From Sedimentisphaeraceae bacterium JB056 (lineage in GTDB: Bacteria > Planctomycetota > Phycisphaerae > Sedimentisphaerales > Sedimentisphaeraceae): a stretch of DNA of 64,000 bases. Positions within the stretch are counted from its first letter, which is position 1; the number at the start of each line of letters is the position of its first letter. Both the position numbers and the translations under genes were made by a program. Location of the stretch: positions 160,001-224,000 of the forward strand of contig JBITAJ010000012.1 of NCBI GenBank assembly GCA_044440125.1, written 5' to 3'. A model generated the notes under the pieces. It was not told the DNA's origin. It searched no databases and saw nothing but the letters and a program-made list of their open reading frames with translations. Below are positions 39,975 through 49,338 of the stretch, piece by piece.

Positions 39975-40841
39975 ATGTTGAAAACTTCTGGAATACAAAT
40001 CAGGGACCCGTTTATAGTTAAAGATGATTCCTGTTTTAAGTGTTATATGTATGGAACTACAGATACCAATTGCTGGGGCGGCCCTGGAATTGGTTTTGAT
40101 TTTTATGTAAGCAGTGATCTTGAAAACTGGGACGGCCCGTTCCCGGCATTTCGTCCTGACGATAAATTTTGGGGTAAAGAAAATTTTTGGGCTCCCGAGG
40201 TTCATAGATACAAAGACAAATATTATATGTTCGCAACTTTTAAGAATGAAAATTCTTGCAGGGGTACGGCAATACTTGTCTCCGAGTCTCTCGATAAGCC
40301 TTTTATTGAACACAGTAAGGGTGCGGTAACGCCGGATGACTGGGAGTGTCTCGATGGTACTTTATTTGTTGATGATAATGATAAGCCCTGGATTATCTTT
40401 TGCCACGAATGGCAGCAGATATATGACGGTACGATATGTGCAGCGCCTTTAGCTGACGATCTTATCAGAATTTCAGGTGAGCCGACAACTCTTTTCTCAG
40501 CATCTCAAAGCGGCTGGGCTCATGAGTATAAATGGCAAGGCAAAAAAGGATACATTACAGACGGGCCTTGCCTGTTTAAGCATGATGGGAAGTTGATTAT
40601 GTTGTGGTCGAGTTTTGTTGATGATCTTTATGCTATTGGTATAGCAATTTCTGAAAGTGGTAATATTGAAGGCCCCTGGGAACACATTGCTGAGCCTGTT
40701 TATCTTGGTGGCGGTCATTGTATGATATTCGAAGATTTCAGTGGTAGAAGGGTGCTTACTTTCCATCAGCCTAATGACACTCCTGATGAAAGAGCGGTTT
40801 TTCTCGATTTTGAAAAAATATTTAACCAAGTTTTTTGTTAA
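39975..40841 (+). CDS. Glycoside hydrolase family 43 (five-bladed propeller), no signal peptide
   Basis: IRDPFI, FWAPEV, CLDGTLF, ITDGP and GGHCMIF motifs. Confidence 0.88.
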   Translation: MLKTSGIQIRDPFIVKDDSCFKCYMYGTTDTNCWGGPGIGFDFYVSSDLENWDGPFPAFRPDDKFWGKENFWAPEVHRYKDKYYMFATFKNENSCRGTAILVSESLDKPFIEHSKGAVTPDDWECLDGTLFVDDNDKPWIIFCHEWQQIYDGTICAAPLADDLIRISGEPTTLFSASQSGWAHEYKWQGKKGYITDGPCLFKHDGKLIMLWSSFVDDLYAIGIAISESGNIEGPWEHIAEPVYLGGGHCMIFEDFSGRRVLTFHQPNDTPDERAVFLDFEKIFNQVFC

Positions 40842-40861
40842 AACCAGTAAGGATAGTTATT

Positions 40862-43468
40862 ATGAAGAAAATGTTTTTGAGTTGTATGTTTTTGATATTC
40901 ACGGCCAGTCTTTTTGCCGTTGAAGGAAAGCTTCTTGATTTTTGGGATGAGGCTCCGCGTTTGTTCAATTCGGTTGCCGATGAACATGATGTTGACAGAG
41001 ATATGGATAAACGGAATGAGTTTAATTATAAACCTGCAGCTTTTTCTTGTGACAGAAGTGATTTTAAGGTTGGTGATTTCAGTGTTGTCTACACAGTTGC
41101 TAAGTCTGCTCATAAGCCTGTATTTGGTTTTTCAAGCAGTCTCTGGGGACAGACCTGGAAGCTTAATAAAAATATGTCGCTCAAGTTTTTTGTTAAAGTA
41201 AGCGGCGAGAAAACTTTCGATAAGTGGGATGTTGTTTTTGTTGATGAAACGGGCAAAAAGGCTGTAGGGACTATTGAAGGTGTTGGTTTTGAAAAGTGGC
41301 AGAAAGTTTCATTGAAGCTTTCAGTATTAAAACCGGAAGATGGTTTCAATTGGAACTCGGTTAAGTTATGTCAGTTTAAAGGTGCTTTTTCCGCTGATAG
41401 TAAAGTCTGGTTTGATGGAGTAAGATTTGAAACTGCTAACGGGAATATTATTGGTGTTACGGATAAGCATCTTTCACAGTGGATGAATGAGGCTGAAGAT
41501 ACCCGCGAAATTCGTATCGATAAAGCGATGTCAGATACGGCAAGGAAAGATGCTTTTGCTGTTGTAAGTGCGTTTGCGAAGATGTATCTGAACCAGGATC
41601 TTGACGCAGCGAATAAAGCATTGGTTGAGGAGCTTAAAAAGAGTGATGAAGGCAATGCCTGGAGCCTGCTGCATACACCCCTTTACTGCCGTTTCTATTA
41701 TAATTTTTCAAATAGAGTCGGAAAGTATCCGGGGCGTATGACTCCTGAAACAGAAAAATTATTACTCGAAACTCTTTGGGAACGTACTGTTGCCAAGAAT
41801 GATATTGCCTGGGCAAGGCAGAGTACATGGTGGATGGACGGCAGTGAGAATCACGATCTAAATGCTAAGGCATGTAATTTGGTAACCAGCCGTATTTTTA
41901 TGAATGAGCCGGAATACAAAGATCGTATTTATCCTGATTATGGTTATGGCGGTGCTTATCATTATGGTCATGCCGGTTATTACGGCACAGGTGTTGATCC
42001 GGATCGACACGGCGGCGGCAGGGCGGAGCTTGCTGACGGAAAACAGTATAATGCTGCAGATCATTACGAGGCGTGGCTTGCTTATATCAAAGAATATTTT
42101 TCAGAAAGAGCTCGCCGCGGATTCTATCTCGAAAGAGCAGCTCCCGGCTATACACATCATACTTTTAATTTTGTTGAACTTGCCTATACCTATAGCGGTG
42201 ATAAAGAGCTTGAAGGCATAATTGATGATTTTATGGATGTCTTTTGGGCTGATTGTGCACAGGAATCCATAGGCACGATAAGGGGCGGCCCTAAAACACG
42301 CCATCATTATAAGGTCGGCAGTGCTACTGATGGAGTTCATGGATTTGTGGAATTCCAGCTTGGAGGACCGGGCAACGGAGCCTGCTGGTGGTATTACAAT
42401 ATGATAAACGATTATCGTTTACCGGCGGTAGTGTGGGCGATGTCGATAGACAGACAGGGTATGGGATGCTTTGAGTATAAGTCTCGCGGAATTGGTGAAG
42501 AACAGAATATCTGGCCTCGCCCGCTCGGTCAAGAGCGTGCAATGCTTTGTGATACGGATTCTCGCTTCCTGAAATATTCTTATATTACACCTGACTATAT
42601 CCTGAGTACCCAGATGGATCATCCCGCAGCGGTCCATAGTCATCTCAGTGTTGCAGGTCGATGGCACGGAATGGTATTTGGTGAGTCTGATGCGGCAAGA
42701 ATTGTGCCTATTGGATTACCTTCGGTTGATGCCAAGACTAAAAAGAAATCACAGGTCGATATGGAAATGATGTATAAGACGGCTCAGTATAAAAATACTC
42801 TCATTGTTCAACAGTCGCGTAATTATAACGTTGTTCACCCTACATGGTATCCATCATATTACGGTCGTCACGAAAAACCGATGGGCGTGTGGCTTGGTAA
42901 TGATTGGGACAAGCTTGTGGAGAAGAGCGGCTGGATATTTGTGCAGAAGGGCAACGCTTATGCTGCTGTTCGCGTGGTACTCTGGGATGAAGAATATGAG
43001 AAGCAAAAGAAAGAGAAGCAAGCTGAGGGTAATCAGAAATTTTTCCATGGAACCAATGATGATCCAACAGTTAAGCTGAGCGAAGACTGTTATTCATGGA
43101 ACGAAGCTCATACCATTATAGAGTTCAAGAATATATTCAGCCCGGTAATAATCGAAGCAGGCAGAAAGGCTGATTATTCTTCGCTCGAAGATTTTATGGC
43201 CGATGTGCTTGATAATCCGATCGCACTTTATAAAACGGTCGTCCCCGGCTTCGATATTCTTGTCTATACCGGTTGCGGTAAAGATGCTCCGGAAATTGAA
43301 TTTAACGGCGCTAACAATGCTATCACTACTTTCAACAGGGAATATATTGACTACAGTTACCCAATGACATTTGATAGTCCGTTTATTAAATCACCGTACA
43401 AGAGCGGAATTATTGATTTCAGTTTTGACGGTATGAATAAGCAAAATATCTTTAAGTTCAAAAGATAA
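40862..43468 (+). CDS. Secreted SENH-family paralog 11 (subfamily B) with N-terminal CBM-like domain
   Basis: Start MKKMFLS; DGSENHD, ERAAPGY, TIRGGPKTR, QMDHPAAVHSHLS; closest by eye to 14826. Confidence 0.85.
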   Translation: MKKMFLSCMFLIFTASLFAVEGKLLDFWDEAPRLFNSVADEHDVDRDMDKRNEFNYKPAAFSCDRSDFKVGDFSVVYTVAKSAHKPVFGFSSSLWGQTWKLNKNMSLKFFVKVSGEKTFDKWDVVFVDETGKKAVGTIEGVGFEKWQKVSLKLSVLKPEDGFNWNSVKLCQFKGAFSADSKVWFDGVRFETANGNIIGVTDKHLSQWMNEAEDTREIRIDKAMSDTARKDAFAVVSAFAKMYLNQDLDAANKALVEELKKSDEGNAWSLLHTPLYCRFYYNFSNRVGKYPGRMTPETEKLLLETLWERTVAKNDIAWARQSTWWMDGSENHDLNAKACNLVTSRIFMNEPEYKDRIYPDYGYGGAYHYGHAGYYGTGVDPDRHGGGRAELADGKQYNAADHYEAWLAYIKEYFSERARRGFYLERAAPGYTHHTFNFVELAYTYSGDKELEGIIDDFMDVFWADCAQESIGTIRGGPKTRHHYKVGSATDGVHGFVEFQLGGPGNGACWWYYNMINDYRLPAVVWAMSIDRQGMGCFEYKSRGIGEEQNIWPRPLGQERAMLCDTDSRFLKYSYITPDYILSTQMDHPAAVHSHLSVAGRWHGMVFGESDAARIVPIGLPSVDAKTKKKSQVDMEMMYKTAQYKNTLIVQQSRNYNVVHPTWYPSYYGRHEKPMGVWLGNDWDKLVEKSGWIFVQKGNAYAAVRVVLWDEEYEKQKKEKQAEGNQKFFHGTNDDPTVKLSEDCYSWNEAHTIIEFKNIFSPVIIEAGRKADYSSLEDFMADVLDNPIALYKTVVPGFDILVYTGCGKDAPEIEFNGANNAITTFNREYIDYSYPMTFDSPFIKSPYKSGIIDFSFDGMNKQNIFKFKR

Positions 43469-43487
43469 ACAGGTTTATTTCTATATG

Positions 43488-43524
43488 AAAAAGGCTCGCT
43501 GTTTGATTTCAGCGAGCCTTTTTT
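43488..43524. terminator. Bidirectional terminator at the right end of the island
   Basis: AAAAAGGCTCGCTG...CAGCGAGCCTTTTT between convergent genes. Confidence 0.85.
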
Positions 43525-43528
43525 AATT

Positions 43529-44248
43529 TTACGAGCCAAGTGGGAATTTCTTTATGTCTTTGAATTCCCGTGGATATTTCGACGGTGTGTTTTTGATCTT
43601 TGTTGCTTCGATTAGTCTGCATTCACTTTGCTGCTGATCCGGCAGTTGGTAAGGCAGGTCCCTGATGTTGCCCATCCCGAGTATCTCGAGAGCTCTCTTT
43701 CCAGCGGGCATTTCCTCTGCTATTCGAGGGCCTTTCCATGTGAGAAACTTTCCGCCCTTGCGAAGGAAGGGCACCGTAAGCTCTGCAATCATTTCGAGTT
43801 TGCCAACCGCTCTCGTTACCGTAAAATCAAATTTCTGCCAGTAATCTTCTTCAGTTGCCAGTTCCTCAGCCCTGTCCTGAATTATATCAATGTTGTCAAG
43901 GCCAAGCTGCTCAACGACAAGATTCTGGAAATCAGTCTTCTTTCCCGTTGCTTCAACAGAGGTGAAATTCCAGTTCGGGAAAGCGATGGCAAGCGGAAGT
44001 ACCGGGAAGCCTGCGCCTGAGCCTATATCTATGAGGAAAGGCATGGAGCCGCTTTTCTCTTCGTATGCTTTCATGAGATCAAAGGCAGCGAGGCTGTCAA
44101 TGAAATGTTTGGTCATTATCTGATCAGGCTCTACGATTCTCGTGAGATTACATTTGAGGTTTTCTGTTATAAGCAGCCGGCTTAATTTTTCAAACTGGTC
44201 TTTTTGATTTTGAGAAAGCTGGTCGTATGCTTTTTGAATGTCATTCAT
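43529..44248 (-). CDS. rsmG: 16S rRNA m7G527 methyltransferase
   Basis: NLTRI, KHFIDSL, DIGSGAGFP, RAEE, TRAV, TPSKYPR. Confidence 0.93.
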   Translation of the reverse strand: MNDIQKAYDQLSQNQKDQFEKLSRLLITENLKCNLTRIVEPDQIMTKHFIDSLAAFDLMKAYEEKSGSMPFLIDIGSGAGFPVLPLAIAFPNWNFTSVEATGKKTDFQNLVVEQLGLDNIDIIQDRAEELATEEDYWQKFDFTVTRAVGKLEMIAELTVPFLRKGGKFLTWKGPRIAEEMPAGKRALEILGMGNIRDLPYQLPDQQQSECRLIEATKIKNTPSKYPREFKDIKKFPLGS

Positions 44249-44251
44249 ATA

Positions 44252-45211
44252 TTATTTTTCAGATTCCGTTTTTTCGGATTGTGTTATTATTGGTTTTCGT
44301 ATCCATTTGTTTTTACGGTTTTTCATGCTGCTCAGAAGGCTGTACATTGCAAAACCGCAGAAAGATACGACAAGCGATATGGACAGCGATACAAATATCA
44401 TCGCTATTATACCGACACACCAGATGAGTGTTACGACGGGTTTTTGACCTTTAAAGATAAGGTTCAGCAAGTGGGGATACTTGATTCTGCTTATCATCAA
44501 TATTCCCAGTCCGATAGCTATTAATGGAAGAGTGTATGATACTGTTACTTCGAATACTTGAGACAATATTGAATCTGGTCCCGGGTTTAGGAACAGTCGC
44601 TGCTGGAAAACGATAAGACTTGTGAGTACGCCTGCCGCAGCCGGAGATGGTATTCCGACAAAATACATATGTGCACTCTCATCTTCTTCATTCTCAACAT
44701 TGAATCTTGCGAGTCTTATTGCGGTACAGGCAAGATATATCGCCGCTGAGAACCAGATGAATCTAAAGAACAGACTTTCACCCATTGCCGGAAGTGTTAC
44801 GGCATTTTCAAATTCGTGTTTCAGAAACTGCCACATCAAAAATGCCGGTGCTATACCGAAACTTACAATATCGCTTAGGCTGTCAAGCTGACCGCCGAAG
44901 CTTGATGTCGTCTGGCTCATTCTTGCCACGCGGCCGTCAAGCACATCCATTATCATCGCGATGAAAATCATAAGGCCGGCAAGACCGAGGTTTGTGAATT
45001 CCAGATCATGCAAACGGAACATCGGCTCGCCATCCTGAAATCCCTTGCTCGCAAGGCACATTGATGCGAAACCGAAAACGCAATTCAGCAAAGTGATCAA
45101 AGAAGGCAATACCGCAATATATTTGAGGCGTTTCTTTCTCACCTTACGTAAAAAACGCCGGCGGTTCGAGGAGCCTGTTGATATTGCTTTGCTTTTTGAT
45201 TTTTCTTGCAT
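44252..45211 (-). CDS. pssA: CDP-diacylglycerol--serine O-phosphatidyltransferase
   Basis: DVLDGRVAR..TSSFGGQLDSLSDIVSFGIAPA, RLARFN; adjacent to psd. Confidence 0.9.
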   Translation of the reverse strand: MQEKSKSKAISTGSSNRRRFLRKVRKKRLKYIAVLPSLITLLNCVFGFASMCLASKGFQDGEPMFRLHDLEFTNLGLAGLMIFIAMIMDVLDGRVARMSQTTSSFGGQLDSLSDIVSFGIAPAFLMWQFLKHEFENAVTLPAMGESLFFRFIWFSAAIYLACTAIRLARFNVENEEDESAHMYFVGIPSPAAAGVLTSLIVFQQRLFLNPGPDSILSQVFEVTVSYTLPLIAIGLGILMISRIKYPHLLNLIFKGQKPVVTLIWCVGIIAMIFVSLSISLVVSFCGFAMYSLLSSMKNRKNKWIRKPIITQSEKTESEK

Positions 45212-45217
45212 ACAGTT

Positions 45218-45913
45218 TTATCCCTCAAGATCAAATTCGATCAGTTTGTTTAATCCTGCTCTTACTTTGTCGCCAGGTTTTACGAGACACTTGAAATTGT
45301 CACCGGCAGGCATGTAAATCTCTGTGCAGGAGCCGAATTTTATCATGCCGAATTTCTGGCCGCATTCAAACTCATCACCTTCCATTGCATCACATACAAT
45401 TCGTCTGGCGATAGCACCACTGACCTGCCTGATTATCAATTTGTATCCAGGTTCATTTAGCATGCGGACAGTAACTTCGTTTGCCTCGTTTACTTTTGCG
45501 CAATCGGCATCAAGAGCATTGATGAATTTACCCGGCTTATATGTTATGTTCTCTACAACACACTTGGCAGGCATTCGGTTGACATGCACATTGAATACAC
45601 TCAGGAATATACTTATCCTGAATGCTTTGCCCCCCTCGAATCTTTCATCATCTACAACTTCCGCCACGGTTATCTTGCCGTCAGCCGGTGAAATAAGAAA
45701 GTCATTTCCTGTCGGCACTTTTCGCGGAGGGTCGCGGAAGAAAGACAGTTCCCATATAAATATTATTGCGGCGATAGAAAACAATGTCCACATTACAGGC
45801 TGGGGCATATATTTTTTCAGACAAAATATAATGATCATCAGCACTATTGTAATTAGCGGATAAACCACTACCTGCGGAAAGCCATATTTAGTTATAGGTA
45901 TCATATGTTTCAA
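45218..45913 (-). CDS. psd: Phosphatidylserine decarboxylase proenzyme
   Basis: FFRDPPR, SPADG, SIFLSVFNVHVNR, GMIKFGS self-cleavage site. Confidence 0.92.
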   Translation of the reverse strand: MKHMIPITKYGFPQVVVYPLITIVLMIIIFCLKKYMPQPVMWTLFSIAAIIFIWELSFFRDPPRKVPTGNDFLISPADGKITVAEVVDDERFEGGKAFRISIFLSVFNVHVNRMPAKCVVENITYKPGKFINALDADCAKVNEANEVTVRMLNEPGYKLIIRQVSGAIARRIVCDAMEGDEFECGQKFGMIKFGSCTEIYMPAGDNFKCLVKPGDKVRAGLNKLIEFDLEG

Positions 45914-45930
45914 TTATCCGTAAAGGTCAA

Positions 45931-47727
45931 TCAGTCATCATTCTTAAGTACGCTCATGAAGGCATCCTGTGGAATATTAACAGAAGCAATACTCTTCATA
46001 CGCTTCTTTCCTTCCTTCTGCTTCTTGAGCACTTTCATCTTACGCGTGATATCTCCGCCGTATAATTTTGCGGTAACATCCTTACGGTACGCCTTGATTG
46101 TTTCACGCGCAATTACTTTTCCGCCTATCGCTACTTGCAGAGGCACTTCGAATTGCTGACGCGGTATCGCTTTTCTCAGTCTGGTTATGAGTTTACGTCC
46201 GCGTGGTTCGGCGTTGCTCCTGTGAACGATGATCGAGAGGGCATCGACCGGTACCTTGTTAACAAGAATGTCGATTCTCACCAGGTCACTTGCTCTATAG
46301 CCGCTAATCTCGTAATCCATGGTGGCATAGCCCCTTGTTGCACCTTTAAGTATGTCATAGAAATCATAAACTATCTCGGCAAGCGGAGCATCGAATTCCA
46401 TCATTACCCTTGTCTGGCTGATGTAATCGGTTTTAACGAGTTTACATCGTCTTTGCTCTGCAAGCTGCATCACCGTACCTATAAAGTCTTTCGGTATGAT
46501 TATCTCAAGTTTTATGAAGGGTTCACGAAGCTCTTCTATGGTAGATCGGTCGGGCATTTGTGATGGTGAGTCGACTTTTATTACCTCGCCATCGGTAGTC
46601 AACACCTCATAGCTTACACTTGGTGCTGTCTGCAATACGCCGATATCGTTTTCTCTCTCAAGCCTCTCCTGAATGATTTCCATATGGAGCAGACCTAAGA
46701 AGCCGCATCTAAATCCGAATCCCAGAGCCGGTGAGTTTTGAGGTATATAGGTAAAGCTTGAATCATTGAGAGCAAGCTTCTCAAACGCTGCCCTCATTTT
46801 AGGGTAATCAGAAGAGTCGGTCGGGTAAAAATCTGAGAATACCATCTGCATTGGAGGCTGGTAACCCGGCAATGGATCAGGTGCAGGATGTACGGCATCT
46901 GTTATGGTATCTCCGATATTCACATCAGCGATACTCTTGATATTTGCTATTAGATAACCAACTTCGCCGGAGCTGAGAGTGTCAACCTCCGTCATAGAAG
47001 GTTTGAATTTTCCGAGTTCTGTTATGACATATGAGCTTTTTTCGCCCATAAACTCTATCTTTTGTCCCTTCTGGAGGGAACCGGAGAACATACGGATATA
47101 ACATATAACACCGCGATAGCCGTCAAAGTGGCTGTCAAAAACCAGTGCCCTTGTAGGCTCATCGTTTCTGTCCTTAGGAGCGGGGAGCTTTTCGATGATT
47201 GCCTCAAGTAGTTGTTCCATTCCAACGCCGCTTTTAGCACTGACTTTATGGCAGTCTTCGCCTGGTATGCCTAAGACATGCTCTATTTCCTCGGCTACAA
47301 CATCAGGTTGTGCCGCGGGGAGATCTACTTTATTTAGCACAGGCAATAATTCAAGGTTGGCATCAACTGCAAGATAAGCATTGGCAACTGTTTGCGCTTC
47401 TACTCCCTGAGCCGCATCAACTACCAGAAGAGCACCTTCGCATGCAGTCAGCGCTCTGGATACTTCATAACTGAAATCCACGTGGCCGGGAGTGTCGATA
47501 AGGTTCAGCATGTATTTCTGGCCCTTATACTCTGTCTCCATCGTTACCGCGGAGGCCTTGATGGTGATTCCACGTTCACGTTCAAGTTCCATGCTGTCCA
47601 GAAGCTGCTCATGGAATTCTCTCTCCGTCACAGCTCCAGTAATAAGCATGAGTCTGTCGGCTATAGTACTCTTGCCGTGGTCAATATGTGCCACGATTGA
47701 GAAATTTCGTATAAATTCTGTTTTCAT
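45931..47727 (-). CDS. lepA: Elongation factor 4 (LepA)
   Basis: IRNFSIVAHIDHGKST, DTPGHVDFSYEV, GFRCGFLGLLHMEI, KDVTAKLYGGDITRK. Confidence 0.97.
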   Translation of the reverse strand: MKTEFIRNFSIVAHIDHGKSTIADRLMLITGAVTEREFHEQLLDSMELERERGITIKASAVTMETEYKGQKYMLNLIDTPGHVDFSYEVSRALTACEGALLVVDAAQGVEAQTVANAYLAVDANLELLPVLNKVDLPAAQPDVVAEEIEHVLGIPGEDCHKVSAKSGVGMEQLLEAIIEKLPAPKDRNDEPTRALVFDSHFDGYRGVICYIRMFSGSLQKGQKIEFMGEKSSYVITELGKFKPSMTEVDTLSSGEVGYLIANIKSIADVNIGDTITDAVHPAPDPLPGYQPPMQMVFSDFYPTDSSDYPKMRAAFEKLALNDSSFTYIPQNSPALGFGFRCGFLGLLHMEIIQERLERENDIGVLQTAPSVSYEVLTTDGEVIKVDSPSQMPDRSTIEELREPFIKLEIIIPKDFIGTVMQLAEQRRCKLVKTDYISQTRVMMEFDAPLAEIVYDFYDILKGATRGYATMDYEISGYRASDLVRIDILVNKVPVDALSIIVHRSNAEPRGRKLITRLRKAIPRQQFEVPLQVAIGGKVIARETIKAYRKDVTAKLYGGDITRKMKVLKKQKEGKKRMKSIASVNIPQDAFMSVLKNDD

Positions 47728-47839
47728 ATATGTTTATGGTAAATTAATCTAAATCGAAAACATCGGCAAAAAACAAATGCCGATGCAAATATTATCCATA
47801 CTCATTATCATTGTAATGAAATACAAACGCAAAGTCGCA

Positions 47840-47867
47840 ATTATACCATAACCTTATCCGTTGTCAA
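47840..47867 (-). promoter_or_regulatory. Sigma70-type promoter of the lepA operon
   Basis: Minus strand TTGACA-16 bp-TATAAT with a TGn extension. Confidence 0.75.
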
Positions 47868-47970
47868 AAGGGATTATCAGGCAAACCGGTATCATAGGTA
47901 TTTATTGATAATTCAGAAATTGTGTAACCATTCACGGTGTGTTACAAAATTTACATTTTCATGTATTATT

Positions 47971-48145
47971 TGCCCGAAGGGCTTAAAAACAATAGCCCGC
48001 GGCAACGCCGTGGGAATAGATGGTATCGCATATTCTTCCCCTCCCTCCTGTTTTCAGCTTGGCTGAAAACAGGAGGGAGGGGGCTCGGTTTTCCAATTAT
48101 CCAGGGGCGATGCCCCAGGCTATATTATGTAGCCTCTTCGAGGCA
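47971..48145. repeat. Nested palindromic REP/REPIN-like element
   Basis: Perfect 21-bp inverted repeat (48038-48058 / 48062-48082) flanked by two inverted imperfect arms, each carrying two small hairpins. Confidence 0.8.
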
Positions 48146-48280
48146 TAAAACAGTAGTATTTGTGAATGCTTACGAAATTGTGGACAGAGTATTTTTCTTT
48201 TGAGTTAAGTAAATAATCTATAGAATATACTTGTATCTATCTGTATATAATCAACTTAAATTTAAGAATCCAAGCCGGCC

Positions 48281-48919
48281 TTATAATTTTCTTCTTGTGC
48301 ATACATATAAGCAGCTTGTAGCTAGCAAAGCGAATGTTGAAGGTTCAGGAACAGTATCAGGTGTTGGCAGATGACCTGTCACAGATATATCCGTTATTGG
48401 TAAGGTTGGATCTGCCGCCAAAAAGCCCGAATTGCAAATGGTGTTGGTGATTTCATCGCCTGCGTTGCCGTCTTTTGCGTAAAAATCGCCCCATACAGGG
48501 CTGCGATAGCTGTCAAATTTCAATGTTAAAGCTGTCCCTGCCGTATCATCGAATTTGATTCCGTAAATGTCTCCCGGCATGTAAGGGTTTCCCGGACCTG
48601 GTGTAAAAGAACCGATTTCTATTGATGATCCGGGGCTTTCTATGTTGAATATGTCAGATACATCAAAATTGATTGAAGTCTCAAGTATAAAATGGCTGAC
48701 ATTGCCCCTGTAAACATTGAGTGTATATTCGTAATGCCATACACCATCCACTGTCTTTGAGACATTCCATTCCAATGTCGCCGGAGTCCAGTTATCTATT
48801 CCGGTTCCATCTATCCATACCCCTGTTCCTTCCATTTGTCCTGTAACTGCCGATAAAACCCCATAGCCGGCAATTACGCTGGACGCCGATAATAGCAATA
48901 AAATATAACCGCACTTCAT
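48281..48919 (-). CDS. PEP-CTERM sorting-domain surface protein
   Basis: Signal peptide; C-terminal VPEPSTFALL...RRKL. Confidence 0.85.
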   Translation of the reverse strand: MKCGYILLLLSASSVIAGYGVLSAVTGQMEGTGVWIDGTGIDNWTPATLEWNVSKTVDGVWHYEYTLNVYRGNVSHFILETSINFDVSDIFNIESPGSSIEIGSFTPGPGNPYMPGDIYGIKFDDTAGTALTLKFDSYRSPVWGDFYAKDGNAGDEITNTICNSGFLAADPTLPITDISVTGHLPTPDTVPEPSTFALLATSCLYVCTRRKL

Positions 48920-49160
48920 ATTGCCACCGCTTCCTTTCTCCCAAAATAATAATATATTTTAGTGCTTTCTGATGTCAGAAAGCCCCTCCATTTGCGGGAA
49001 CTGTCAAGATGTACGTATTTAAACTACTAAACAGTATGTCCTGGTGCTTAGATAACTTTAAACATCAGACTTGCTTTTATGCGGAGATTTAGATGCAATG
49101 CTAAGAAGATTTGTTAAGTAAACAACCCCTATCTACTCCTCTATTTCCTACAGGAAATTC

Positions 49161-49188
49161 ATTATACCATACGGTTGCCTGTAATCAA
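49161..49188 (-). promoter_or_regulatory. Candidate sigma70 promoter for the PEP-CTERM gene
   Basis: Minus strand TTGATT-16 bp-TATAAT with a TGn extension. Confidence 0.45.
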
Positions 49189-49338
49189 AACTTTTTTGTG
49201 CTGACATGGTCTATATTGTGAATTTTGTTTGATTTTGTATTATGAAACTATTTTGAACGCAAAACTTTACCGAACTTGTTATATTTTAAAAGCATTGTGA
49301 CGTATATAAATGGTGTTTTAATTTTAAGGAATTTGAAA

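Noticed and set aside
40555..40570. GH43 has DGP where many members have catalytic EGP
   Set aside because: I recall TDGP being normal in some GH43 subgroups, so it is not evidence of inactivation.
1..43468. Many 60-230 aa minus-strand and alternate-frame ORFs (e.g. 18314..19006, 19265..19900, 22872..23447)
   Set aside because: They lie within long motif-bearing + strand genes and show no recognisable motifs; treated as shadow ORFs.
1..43468. Diversity-generating retroelement or phase-variation cassette as the cause of paralog similarity
   Set aside because: No reverse transcriptase, recombinase or adenine-specific template/variable repeat pair was seen; differences are ordinary synonymous and amino-acid divergence.
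43529..47727. rsmG placed with lepA-psd-pssA instead of next to mnmG
   Set aside because: Ordinary lineage-specific gene order of housekeeping genes.
47937..48203. 88-aa ORF
   Set aside because: Spans the palindromic repeat; no RBS or protein-like features.
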